Below are positions 7,785-16,221 of a stretch of 64,000 nucleotides of DNA, piece after piece. The notes beneath the pieces were generated by a model, which was not told the origin of the DNA, did not search any database, and saw nothing but the letters and a program-made list of their open reading frames with translations. Numbering within the stretch: the first letter of the stretch is position 1; every line of letters begins with the position of its first letter. Made by a program: the position numbers and the translations under genes. The stretch comes from Phycisphaerae bacterium (lineage in GTDB: Bacteria; Planctomycetota; Phycisphaerae; WQYP01), in NCBI GenBank assembly GCA_035545015.1, contig DASZZD010000060.1, positions 85 to 64,084 of the forward strand, read 5' to 3'.

Positions 7785-8291
7785 ATGGCCCTCGCCAATA
7801 TTCAACTGCTCATTCTCGATGTCGATGGCGTGCTCACGGATGGGGGGATTATTCGGGATGACAACGGGCAGCAGATCAAGCGATTTCATGTGCGGGATGG
7901 GGCGGGGATCGTGTTGTGGCGGCGGCTGGGGAAGGATGTGGCGATCATCACGGGGAAGGAGTCGGACGTGGTGAGCCACCGGGCGGAGGAGCTGGGGATT
8001 CGGCATGTGTATCAGAACGTGGGGAACAAACTGGAGGCGTATGACCAGGTGAAGGATGAACTGGGGGTGTCGGATTCGCAGGTGGCGTATGTGGGGGATG
8101 ATCTGCCGGATTTGCCGGTGATGCGGAAGGTGGGGGCGGCGATCGCGGTGGCGGATGCGGTGGAGGAGGTGCGGGCGGTCGCGAAATATGTGACGAAGTT
8201 TCCGGGGGGATATGGGGCGGTGCGGGATGCGATCGAGTATTTGTGCAAGGAGATGGGGTTGTGGGAGCAGGTGTTGGAGCGGTATCGGTGA
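7785..8291 (+). CDS. kdsC: 3-deoxy-D-manno-octulosonate 8-phosphate phosphatase (HAD family)
   Basis: 168-aa ORF. LLILDVDGVLTDGGI, ITGKES, YVGDDLPDLPVM and GGYGAVRDAIEYL match KdsC. Confidence 0.9.
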   Translation: MALANIQLLILDVDGVLTDGGIIRDDNGQQIKRFHVRDGAGIVLWRRLGKDVAIITGKESDVVSHRAEELGIRHVYQNVGNKLEAYDQVKDELGVSDSQVAYVGDDLPDLPVMRKVGAAIAVADAVEEVRAVAKYVTKFPGGYGAVRDAIEYLCKEMGLWEQVLERYR

Positions 8292-8298
8292 GGGGGCG

Positions 8299-8361
8299 GT
8301 CAGTGGTCAGTGGTCAGTGGTCAGAAGGCAGTAGTCAGTAGTCAGTAGTCAGAAGTCAGAA
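8299..8361. repeat. tandem heptamer array (GTCAGTG x3, GTCAGAAG, GCAGTA, GTCAGTA x2, GTCAGAA x2)
   Basis: Read directly from the sequence. TAG occurs at 8332, 8339 and 8346, covering all three + frames. Every unit gives TGA on the - strand at 7-nt spacing. Confidence 0.9.
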
Positions 8362-8518
8362 GGGTTGGGGGGCGGGGATTTTGCTGGGGGGCCAACGGAT
8401 GGGGGTGGGGGTTGTCTAGTGGGGGGCGTGAGTGGGCACAAACACGGGCGGACATTGCGGATGATGGATCGCGTGCGGCTTGTTGCGCCGGGCCGCGGCG
8501 GGGTACACTTTCCGATCT

Positions 8519-11500
8519 ATGCTGAAACGAGTTGCACTTTTTGTCATCGGCCTGATGGTCGCGGTGGGCGCGCTGCTGTTGTATGAGTACTTCAGCGGTG
8601 CGAGCATCAATGGGAACCGGGTGGAGTCTGACGCGGGGCCGACGGCGGCGCCGCGGGGGGACCAGCCGTTCGAGTACGAAGGTCGCCGGCCGGAGAACGC
8701 GGACCTCGAGTACGTGTTGACGGCCAAGAAATTCAAGCAGGCGACGAAGGAGGATGGGACGCCGATTCCGGGGGAGTTCCTGCTGACCGAGCCGTCGGCG
8801 CGTTATTACACGACGGACGGGCGGCTGGTGACGATCCGCAGCGACAGCGGCGTGGTGTTCGTGGACACGGTGGCAAGCGGGCCGGGGGGAACCCGGACGA
8901 AATTCATGCCGCGGGGCGGAAGGTTGTCGGGGCACGTGCTGCTGACGTTTGGGCCGCAGGATGCGGATACGAATCCGGCGTCGGCGGCGAGCACGATCAA
9001 GGTGAAGCTGTCGAAGGATTTGGAATTCGACAACGTGGCGCGGACGCTGCACAGCGCGGGCGACATCAATGTGCGGTCGAACCAGGTGGCGTTCGACGGG
9101 TCGGATGTGACCATTGCGTTCAACCCGGACCAGAAGCGGCTGGAGTTTTTCCGGATCAACCAGGGCAACAAGATCATTCTGCATGATGTGGATCCCCAGA
9201 CGCTGGCGCTCAGCGATATGACGGCGCCCGGGGCGGGGGGGAAGGGGAACGCCGCCACGGCACGGACGACTGCTCCGGCGGCGGCGGCGGTGACGACAGC
9301 GCCGGCGACGGCGCCGGGTCAGGCAGTGGCATCGGCGACGCAGCCGGCGTCGGGGGGCAAGGCTTCCAGCGTGCCGACGACGTACAAGCTGGCGTTCGGT
9401 CAGAACGTGGAGGCGACGGTGGGGCAAGGGAAGCTGAGCAGCGAGCAGTTGTTCGTGTTGTTCATGGCGGCGCCGGCGGATGTGGAAAAGGCCAAACCGC
9501 AGGCGGTGACGGAACCGGGAACGGCCGGAGGGGCGGCGAGCGGGGCGGGCAACGCGACAGGCGGCGGTGGCGCGACGGCCGGCGCGGCGACGCAGGATGC
9601 GGCACTGACCGGAACCACGCTGCCGGCGGCGACCGAGCCGCTGCCCAAGGCGAATTCGACGGATCTGGTGATCACCTGGACGGGGCCGATGGAAATGCGG
9701 CCGACGGGTCCGGAAGACATGAAGCTGGCGGGACCTAAGGATAAAGCGCTGGAGGCGGTGGGGACGGCGGAGCATCCGGTGGTGGTTCAGGATGGGACGA
9801 TCACGGTGACCGGCGGGCGGCTGTGGGTGCATGCGGCGGAGCGGCGGCTGGAGATCGAGCCGGGGGATGTGGGGCAGGTGCGGATGGCGGATGCGACGCG
9901 GGGCAGCGGGACGTGCCAGGGGATTTCGTTCGATCGGGCGGCGAATCATCTGCGGCTGGCGGGGCCGGGGGTTGTGGATGTGCCGCAGACGTTGCTGCGG
10001 AAGTCGGCGACGGCGACGGGCCGGCCACTGGAAATCTCGTGGAAAACGGCGCTGGACCTGGACCTGATCGACATTCCGGATCCGAAAAAGCCGGGCAAGA
10101 AGAGCACGGAGCCGGCGGTGCGGCGGGCGATTCTGACGGGCCTGGCGAAGATCGACGATCCGACGTTCCAGCTTGCGGGCGACACGATCGACGCGCTGAT
10201 CGCCAACACGGCGGACCCGATCAATCCGCAGACGCTCGAGCATCTGCTGGCGACGGGGAACGTGACGGTGAAATCGTCGCGCGGGGCGGGCAGGGGGGCG
10301 AAGAATGTGCAGGCGGCGGCGGAGCCGGATGGGATCAGCGGGCAGCGGCTGGAGCTGCTGACGGCGGTGCCGGACGACGGCCGGAGCAAAGCGCCCGTGC
10401 CAACGCGGCTGCTGGTGGATGGCGATGTGACGGCGTGGAGCTATCGCACGGAGAAAGAAACGAAGGATGCGGGCGAAACGGCGTCGAGCAAGCAGAAGGA
10501 GCGGGGCAAGGAGACGATTTACGGGCAGCACCTGGACATCGCGCTGGCGTCGAAGCCGAAGAACAGCGGTGCGGCGGGGGGCGGCGGGGAGGAGATGGCC
10601 GGCGGCGTGGGGCTGGGCGATTACCAGGCGGTGGCGTTTACGGCGGACGGCGGGAACACGGACCGCGGGGTGAAAATCGAGCTGGAGAATTATGCGGCGC
10701 ACGTGATCACGGCGACGGCGCATGTGCTGCACGCGACGCCGCTGGATAATCGGGCGACGCTGGAGGGCGTGAGCGGGAATCCGGCGCGGGTGTCGTTTGC
10801 GGAGGATGCGATCTCCGGCGACAGGATTTTGCTGGACCAGAACAAGAAGACATTTGAGATTCCGGGCGCGGGGGAGTTTTTGTTCACGCTGCCGGCGAGC
10901 AAGGCGCGCAAGGAAGCGGCGCCGATGCGCGTGACGTGGACGGACCGGATGGTGTTCGACAGCGATGCGCTGCTGGCGACGTTCGATGGCCACACGGTGT
11001 CGCGGATGCTGTCGGTGAAGACTGCCGATACGAGCCAGCTTACGGCCGATCATCTGCGGGTGCGGTTGAAGCATGTAAAGCCGGTGGATGCGGCGGCGAC
11101 CGCCCCGGGCGATTCGGAGCTGGCGAATCTCGCGGGGTCGTCGGACCTGACGCTCGACACGATCGACGCCGAGGGAAGAGTGGTTGCGACGGGCAGCCAG
11201 ACGGGGCCGGGCGGCGTGCTGCTGACGCAGATGCTGCTGATGACCGAGAAGCTGACGTATGCGGATGAGACGCACCAGCTCACGATTCCCGTGCCCGGCA
11301 GGATGGTGCTGATCGACAATCGGCCGGAGAAGGAGAAGACCGGCGGCGCGGGGGCGACGGGCGGGGTAACCGGCGGCAGCGCTCGGGGTCAGACGGCGTT
11401 CGAGTGGGCGGGAAAACTGGTGTACAACCAGCAGGACAACACTGTGGAGCTCACGAAGGATGTGTGGATGGTGCATGTCCCGGCGAAGGCGATCCGGGTG

Positions 11501-11887
11501 AGCGGGGCCGCGGCGACGTCGAGGGTCGACCTGCGGACGCAGCATCTGGTGGCGAAGCTGTCGGCGGCCAGGGATGTGGGGGAAACGACCGATCTGGCGA
11601 GCCCGGTGGGGGTGGGCGCGGGTGGGAACCAGCGGCTGGAAAGCGTGCGTGCGGATGGCGGAGCGACGCTGACGCTGGACAACAAACAGGAATGCCGGGC
11701 GGATGCGCTGACGTATGACGACAACACGCACCTGGCGACAGCGACCAGCGCGACGCGGGAAGGCGGAACGTACATTGATCCGGAGAAGCAACAGTTGCTA
11801 CATTTCTCGTCGCTGCAATGGAATATGCACGACAACGCGGTGACGACGAGCAATCTGGGGGGGAATATCCAACTCTCGCCGCCGTGA
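8519..11887 (+). CDS. giant membrane-anchored LptC/LptA (OstA-like) repeat protein, putative
   Basis: 1122 aa from ATG 8519 (TTG 8480 is possible). N-terminal anchor VALFVIGLMVAVGALLLY. It occupies the lptC-lptA slot after kdsD and kdsC. It holds many OstA-like beta-strand repeats (NQVAFDGSDVTIAFNPDQKRLEFF, AISGDRILLDQNKKTFEIPG, EKLTYADETHQLTIPVPGRMVLID, AGKLVYNQQDNTVELTKDVWMVH, ADALTYDDNTHLATA). The coding call is firm; the family call is by eye. Confidence 0.7.
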   Translation: MLKRVALFVIGLMVAVGALLLYEYFSGASINGNRVESDAGPTAAPRGDQPFEYEGRRPENADLEYVLTAKKFKQATKEDGTPIPGEFLLTEPSARYYTTDGRLVTIRSDSGVVFVDTVASGPGGTRTKFMPRGGRLSGHVLLTFGPQDADTNPASAASTIKVKLSKDLEFDNVARTLHSAGDINVRSNQVAFDGSDVTIAFNPDQKRLEFFRINQGNKIILHDVDPQTLALSDMTAPGAGGKGNAATARTTAPAAAAVTTAPATAPGQAVASATQPASGGKASSVPTTYKLAFGQNVEATVGQGKLSSEQLFVLFMAAPADVEKAKPQAVTEPGTAGGAASGAGNATGGGGATAGAATQDAALTGTTLPAATEPLPKANSTDLVITWTGPMEMRPTGPEDMKLAGPKDKALEAVGTAEHPVVVQDGTITVTGGRLWVHAAERRLEIEPGDVGQVRMADATRGSGTCQGISFDRAANHLRLAGPGVVDVPQTLLRKSATATGRPLEISWKTALDLDLIDIPDPKKPGKKSTEPAVRRAILTGLAKIDDPTFQLAGDTIDALIANTADPINPQTLEHLLATGNVTVKSSRGAGRGAKNVQAAAEPDGISGQRLELLTAVPDDGRSKAPVPTRLLVDGDVTAWSYRTEKETKDAGETASSKQKERGKETIYGQHLDIALASKPKNSGAAGGGGEEMAGGVGLGDYQAVAFTADGGNTDRGVKIELENYAAHVITATAHVLHATPLDNRATLEGVSGNPARVSFAEDAISGDRILLDQNKKTFEIPGAGEFLFTLPASKARKEAAPMRVTWTDRMVFDSDALLATFDGHTVSRMLSVKTADTSQLTADHLRVRLKHVKPVDAAATAPGDSELANLAGSSDLTLDTIDAEGRVVATGSQTGPGGVLLTQMLLMTEKLTYADETHQLTIPVPGRMVLIDNRPEKEKTGGAGATGGVTGGSARGQTAFEWAGKLVYNQQDNTVELTKDVWMVHVPAKAIRVSGAAATSRVDLRTQHLVAKLSAARDVGETTDLASPVGVGAGGNQRLESVRADGGATLTLDNKQECRADALTYDDNTHLATATSATREGGTYIDPEKQQLLHFSSLQWNMHDNAVTTSNLGGNIQLSPP

Positions 11888-11970
11888 CGGTAAATTGGCC
11901 ACGAAACGCACGAAAAACACGAAGAACGGGGGGGGACGGTCCACAAATGTTCACAAATTGGCACGAATGC
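11888..11970 (+). repeat. composite repeat element, copy 3 (orientation A), starts 1 nt after the stop of 8519..11887
   Basis: CGGTAAATTGGCCACGAAACGCACGAAAAACACGAAGAACGGGGGGGGACGGTCCACAAATGTTCACAAATTGGCACGAATGC. Confidence 0.85.
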
Positions 11971-12074
11971 GGCTGAGTGGCTCGGGGGGACTTGAGGCGC
12001 AAGGCGCTATTTTATTTAGGGTTACGGTGGGATCCTTGGTGACGGCGCGGGGGGTTGTTCCGTTTCTAATCTAC

Positions 12075-12115
12075 CTATTTGTGAAAATTTGTGTTTATTT
12101 GTGGACAATTTATCC
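12075..12115 (-). repeat. composite repeat element, copy 4 (inverted, half-length: CACAAA half only)
   Basis: CTATTTGTGAAAATTTGTGTTTATTTGTGGACAATTTATCC. It contains the exact reverse complement of TTGTCCACA at 12100-12108 and lacks the TTTCGTG triplet. Confidence 0.75.
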
Positions 12116-12245
12116 CCCGTGATTCACGTTTCGGATTATTTGCGGATTGCCAACTATCTTGACGCGATATTGTCGGAGCATGTAGGTGAGGCCGATTGCC
12201 CCGGTTCAGCCCGGCGGATTTCACCGATGTTCGTGGAGTTGAGCC

Positions 12246-12653
12246 ATGTTGACGATGTTTGGAAGCCTGGTGGGTAAAGCGAAAGTTCTTGGTTTGGCGG
12301 GAGTTGCGACGGGTGCGCTGGCGTTGGCGCCCCAGGCGGCAAGTGCCCATGACCGGTTCAGTTTCGGCATCACGATCGCCGCCCCGGCGCGTGTGTACGC
12401 GGCTCCGGTGGTGGTGGCTCCCGCCCCGGTGTACGCACCGGCCCCGGTGGTGGTGACGACGCCCGCTTACGTGCCGGCACCGGTCTACACGCCCGCCCCG
12501 GTGGTGGTGGCGGCTCCGGCTTGCCCGGCACCGGTGGTGGTTGCCGCCCCGGTGTATGCGGCGCCAGTGGTGGTGGAGACCCCTCGCTACTATCGCCCCC
12601 GGCCGGTGTTCGTCGGCGGCTGGCATCATGATTTCGGATGGCATCATCGGTAA
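12246..12653 (+). CDS. secreted PXPV/APVV-repeat protein
   Basis: 135-aa ORF. Signal peptide ending AASA|HD, then ~12 repeats of (A)P(A)PV(Y/V)(V) and a C-terminal RPRPVFVGGWHHDFGWHHR tail. A terminator follows. Confidence 0.65.
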   Translation: MLTMFGSLVGKAKVLGLAGVATGALALAPQAASAHDRFSFGITIAAPARVYAAPVVVAPAPVYAPAPVVVTTPAYVPAPVYTPAPVVVAAPACPAPVVVAAPVYAAPVVVETPRYYRPRPVFVGGWHHDFGWHHR

Positions 12654-12713
12654 GGCTCTGGAGGCGGCAGGACCGGCAGGGGGGGATGGGGGGGGCCAAG
12701 CTTCTACCTAATG

Positions 12714-12757
12714 GCGCGGCGGCGCGGTGGAGACCCACCGGCCGCCGCGATTTTTTT
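12714..12757 (+). terminator. Rho-independent terminator
   Basis: GC-rich hairpin GCGCGGCGGCGCGGTGG-AGA-CCCACCGGCCGCCGCG followed by TTTTTTT (12751-12757), ~60 nt after the stop of 12246..12653. Confidence 0.6.
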
Positions 12758-12848
12758 GCGCGCCCGCGCGCGAACGGGGCGGAGAGGCGGGACGTAGAGG
12801 CGGAGAGGGAGCCGCATGGTAATAGACGTCGTCGTCAGGCCGCGCGGG

Positions 12849-13436
12849 TCACGGGGTTGGTGCGGCTTCGGAGGCGGGAACCGGGGATGTTGGGGCGGCC
12901 CAGGGGTTGTAGTGATCATCCTCGTGGGGGAGAGAGGCGTTGAGGGGAATTTCGTGAAGGGCGAAGAGGCGGATGCCGGAGAGATTGTCGGCGCGCCATT
13001 GCCATTCGAAGCGGAGGAAGCGACGGGCGGTGGCGGTGGGGCGGACCTCCATGTAGTCGCCGGATTCGGGACCGCCGGGCGTGGGCGGCACGCGGATGGT
13101 GCGTTCGGGGATGATCGTGAAGAGGCTCATGAAGAAGGTGAGGGGGGAGTCGATGTGTTGGTAAAGTTGATTGTCGATCTCCAGCCACACGTGCATGGGG
13201 GTTTCGGACGCGAGCAGGTTGAGGGGAAAGCGAAGGGGTGGCGGTGGTGGACTGGTGTCGTTGGGATCTCGGTCGGGAGGCGCATCGGGGCGGAAGCCAA
13301 AGAGCAGGGCGGTCGCCTTCGCACTGAGGGCGACTTCCAATGTTGTGATCAGGAGACGAGCGCCGAGGTCGTCGAAGTTGATATCGGCGGCACGCTTCCG
13401 AGGGGGAGGAATCGAACGTTTGCGGAGTCGAAACAT
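12849..13436 (-). CDS. hypothetical protein
   Basis: 195-aa ORF with non-repetitive, protein-like sequence (e.g. MHVWLEIDNQLYQHIDSPLTFFMSLFTIIPERTIRV, FLRFEWQWRADNLSGIRLFALHEIP). It lies 58 nt downstream of 13495..14106 on the same strand. Confidence 0.55.
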   Translation of the reverse strand: MFRLRKRSIPPPRKRAADINFDDLGARLLITTLEVALSAKATALLFGFRPDAPPDRDPNDTSPPPPPLRFPLNLLASETPMHVWLEIDNQLYQHIDSPLTFFMSLFTIIPERTIRVPPTPGGPESGDYMEVRPTATARRFLRFEWQWRADNLSGIRLFALHEIPLNASLPHEDDHYNPWAAPTSPVPASEAAPTP

Positions 13437-13494
13437 GGTTCTCCGTTGGGAGATGTATCTTTATTGTAACACGATGGAGAACCGCTCCGCGGAA

Positions 13495-14106
13495 TTAGCT
13501 CCGATCGATCATCGCGGCGTGACTTCCAGCAGGATGATCGCTGCTCGCTCGGTTGGTGGGAGCGACATATTGTTGCTGATCGTTAAAATCCCGCCGGACA
13601 GCGCGACGGGAGGAAAAAAGAAGTACGGGGACGATGCTGTAGACCGCCAGACCGATGAGCCAATCCAAGGTGCGGGCGTGGTCATCCCAGCGAAACTCGT
13701 GGATGGCCCAGAAAAAATAGAGCGGGATGAAGAGGAGGCTGGAACGTGCTCCCAGTCGCGTGAGGCGAAGGGCGAAGGGGAGTGCGCCGGCATCGCTTTT
13801 CCAGAGGGCAATGGCCGTTCGAGCAGCGCTGCCTCCCCAGATGATCAGCGAGAGGCCGATCAGACCGAACGGGATGGCGTAGAAAAGGTGGAATCGCTCC
13901 ATTTCGTGAATTCCTACTACGAACGAAATCACGGTTCCCACCAAAAACAATGACCCCCAGAAAAGCGCGAGGCAGGCCCAAAAGAGGAGAATGAGAAAGC
14001 TGTTGCGGCAGCGGGTTCGCTCTGGGACGTGGTACGACAGCGGAGCCGGTGTCACTGGTGGATCGATGGCGGGTGGAGGGGACGGTCCTGTTGGTTGATT
14101 GCTCAT
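13495..14106 (-). CDS. hypothetical polytopic membrane protein
   Basis: Start set at ATG 14104-14106 (MSNQPTGPS...); the upstream part of ORF-track 13495..14742 is antisense junk. About 4 hydrophobic helices. The start overlaps the P450 stop in ATGA (14103-14106). Confidence 0.6.
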   Translation of the reverse strand: MSNQPTGPSPPPAIDPPVTPAPLSYHVPERTRCRNSFLILLFWACLALFWGSLFLVGTVISFVVGIHEMERFHLFYAIPFGLIGLSLIIWGGSAARTAIALWKSDAGALPFALRLTRLGARSSLLFIPLYFFWAIHEFRWDDHARTLDWLIGLAVYSIVPVLLFSSRRAVRRDFNDQQQYVAPTNRASSDHPAGSHAAMIDRS

Positions 14107-15503
14107 CGCGCGGTGGCCTCCAGTAGGATTGGCGTTGCGGGGCGGAGGGTGATGGCGGGGTGGAGTTTTAGCGGGGGGGATTTTTGGGAGAGGGTGAAGC
14201 GGAAGTGTTGGAGGAGGAGGGGGAGGACGAGTTGCATTTCGAGGGAGGCGAAGGATTCGCCGATGCAGTTGCGCGGGCCGGTGGAGAAGGGGAGGTAGGC
14301 GTGGCGCGGGTGGGTGGGGTTTTGCCAGCGGTCGGGGGTGAAGGCGAGGGGATTGGGGAAGAAGCGTGGGTCGCGGTGGAGGGTCCATTGGGGGATGAGG
14401 AGGGTGGATCGGTTCGGGATGCGGTAGCCGGCGAGGGTGAGGGAGCGCTGGTTCTGCCGGCCGAGGGTCCAGGCGGGGGGGTAGAGGCGGAGGGATTCGG
14501 CGATCACATTGTGGGTGTATGGCAGCGCGTGCAAGTCGGCCACGGTGGGGGGGCGATCGGCGAGGACGGAGCGGATTTCGTCGGCGAGTTTTTGCTGTTC
14601 GTCGGGGTGGGTGGCAAGGAGATAGAGGGTGAAGGTGAAGGCGTTGGCGGTGGTTTCGTGGCCGGCGGTGAGGAGGGTGATGGCCTGGTCGCGGAGTTGT
14701 TGGTCGGTGAGGCGGACGGCGGCTTTGGCGGCGTGGGGGCATTCGGTGTCGGTGGCGGCGATGAGGGTGGAGAGGAGATCGGCGTAGGGAGTTCCTGGCG
14801 ACGCAGACTGGGTGCGGCGGTTGGCGATGAGGCGGTCGATGAGGGCGAAGAGGTCGGTGCGGGCTTTTTTGATGCGGCGGGTGGAGGGCAGGGGGAGGGC
14901 GTTGAGGAGTTTGCCCCAGGGCACGACGGTGCGGATGTAGTTGGACATGAGGGTGTGCATGGAGCGGCCGACGAGATCGGTGTCGGCGGCATTGAGGCCG
15001 GCGGCGTCGATGCCGAAGAGGGTTTGCACGGCGATGCGCAGGGTGAGGCGGGTCATGAAATCGCGGATGTCGACAGGGCTTTGCGCGGCGGCGAGTTCCT
15101 GGATGGTGCGCTGTGTGCAGGCGAGGATGTCGGGGGCGTAGGTTTCGACGCGCTTGGCGTGGAAGGCGGGGGTCATGAGGCGGCGCTGGGATTTATGGGT
15201 GTCGCCTTCGGCGGTGAGCAGGCCATCGCCGAGGAGATGGCGGGAGTTTTGCAGGGCGGGTCCTTTGAAGAAAGCGTCGGCCTGGGTGAGAAGGACATCG
15301 CGGGCGAGATCGGGGTGGTTGAGGATGATGTAGCGCTGGCCGAGGGCGGAGAAGGAGGAGATGTCGCCGAAGGTGCGTGTGAGGTGGGAGATGAAGGCGA
15401 GGGGGTCGCGGCGGAGGTGGAGGAAAGTTTTGGCCGGGAGGAGGGAGCGCGGGCCGGGGGGGAGGGGGGCGGTGATTTTCGATTTTCGATAGAGGGGGGC
15501 CAT
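14103..15503 (-). CDS. cytochrome P450
   Basis: Heme-thiolate loop FSTGPRNCIGESFA, I-helix LLTAGHETTANAF, EXXR (ESLR). Start set at ATG 15501-15503 (MAPLYRKSK...); the ORF-track extension to 15677 is Arg/Pro junk. Confidence 0.9.
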   Translation of the reverse strand: MAPLYRKSKITAPLPPGPRSLLPAKTFLHLRRDPLAFISHLTRTFGDISSFSALGQRYIILNHPDLARDVLLTQADAFFKGPALQNSRHLLGDGLLTAEGDTHKSQRRLMTPAFHAKRVETYAPDILACTQRTIQELAAAQSPVDIRDFMTRLTLRIAVQTLFGIDAAGLNAADTDLVGRSMHTLMSNYIRTVVPWGKLLNALPLPSTRRIKKARTDLFALIDRLIANRRTQSASPGTPYADLLSTLIAATDTECPHAAKAAVRLTDQQLRDQAITLLTAGHETTANAFTFTLYLLATHPDEQQKLADEIRSVLADRPPTVADLHALPYTHNVIAESLRLYPPAWTLGRQNQRSLTLAGYRIPNRSTLLIPQWTLHRDPRFFPNPLAFTPDRWQNPTHPRHAYLPFSTGPRNCIGESFASLEMQLVLPLLLQHFRFTLSQKSPPLKLHPAITLRPATPILLEATAR

Positions 15504-15514
15504 GGTGGATCCGA

Positions 15515-15901
15515 TCACCAGAGCGATGAGACGGGGTACACACGAATGGCGGCGTCGGGGGTGAGGATGGTGGCGTTGGCGTCGAGCGCCTGGCAAATGA
15601 GGAGACGGTCGAAAGGGTCGCGATGAACGGGAGGCAGGGAGGGGAGGTGGAGGACAGCGGACTCGGCGAGCGGCCACGGAACGAACGCGCGAGAGGCGCG
15701 GGCACGGGCGAGCACATCCTGGATGGGCTCCGTAACTTTGAGCTTGCCGATAGTGTGTTTAACGAGCAGTTCCCAGACGACGACCGGACTGAGCAGCAAC
15801 TCGTTTACGGGATCGTCAAATACCTGGAGAGCAGTCGTGGAAAGCTTTTGGGATTCCAGCGCCAGCCACCAGAAGGCCGCGGTGTCGACAAGAACCTTCA
15901 C
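15515..15901 (-). CDS. vapC: PIN-domain toxin, VapC family
   Basis: VKVLVDTAAFWWLALESQKL...SPVVVWELLVKHTIGKL...HRDPFDRLLICQALDANATILTPD is the PIN (COG3744-like) pattern. The GTG start overlaps the antitoxin stop (GTGA at 15898-15901). Confidence 0.8.
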   Translation of the reverse strand: MKVLVDTAAFWWLALESQKLSTTALQVFDDPVNELLLSPVVVWELLVKHTIGKLKVTEPIQDVLARARASRAFVPWPLAESAVLHLPSLPPVHRDPFDRLLICQALDANATILTPDAAIRVYPVSSLW

Positions 15902-16113
15902 TCGTTTTCGCCCTCGAAGAGGCGAAGGACTTCTTCGGGCAACGGATCGAAGAAGACGCTGTCCGGCACGTCGGGGATGAGCCCCTTGGCCCATCCTGGG
16001 CGGCGCATTTCGACGGGGGCGGTGAGCTGCGCGCGGTAGGTTTGGATGGCGGCTTCGAGGGCGTCTACGAAGGGCTTGGGGAGGTCGCTGACATCAAGAA
16101 GTTGTTGTGACAT
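15898..16113 (-). CDS. antitoxin partner of VapC (71 aa)
   Basis: ATG 16111-16113 (MSQQLLDVSDLPKPFVDALEAAIQTYRAQL...). Small acidic protein translationally coupled to the PIN gene. Confidence 0.7.
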   Translation of the reverse strand: MSQQLLDVSDLPKPFVDALEAAIQTYRAQLTAPVEMRRPGWAKGLIPDVPDSVFFDPLPEEVLRLFEGENE

Positions 16114-16221
16114 GCGGGCATTATAGCACAAGCCGAAGGGGGGAAAGGAGAGCGAGCCGGGAGGGACATTGGCAGTTTTAGATGGACGCAATTACATACT
16201 AAAGCATGAATTCCGGACGTG

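Noticed and set aside
8342-11791. A 1,149-codon - strand ORF opposite the Lpt-like gene. Similar long shadow ORFs lie at 2169..3614, 22012..23703, 28025..30661, 32209..34572, 35571..36557, 47708..48676, 52244..53269 and 58423..60192.
   Set aside because: Same reasoning as above. They are Arg/Pro/His-rich junk translations antisense to, or out of frame with, well-supported genes.
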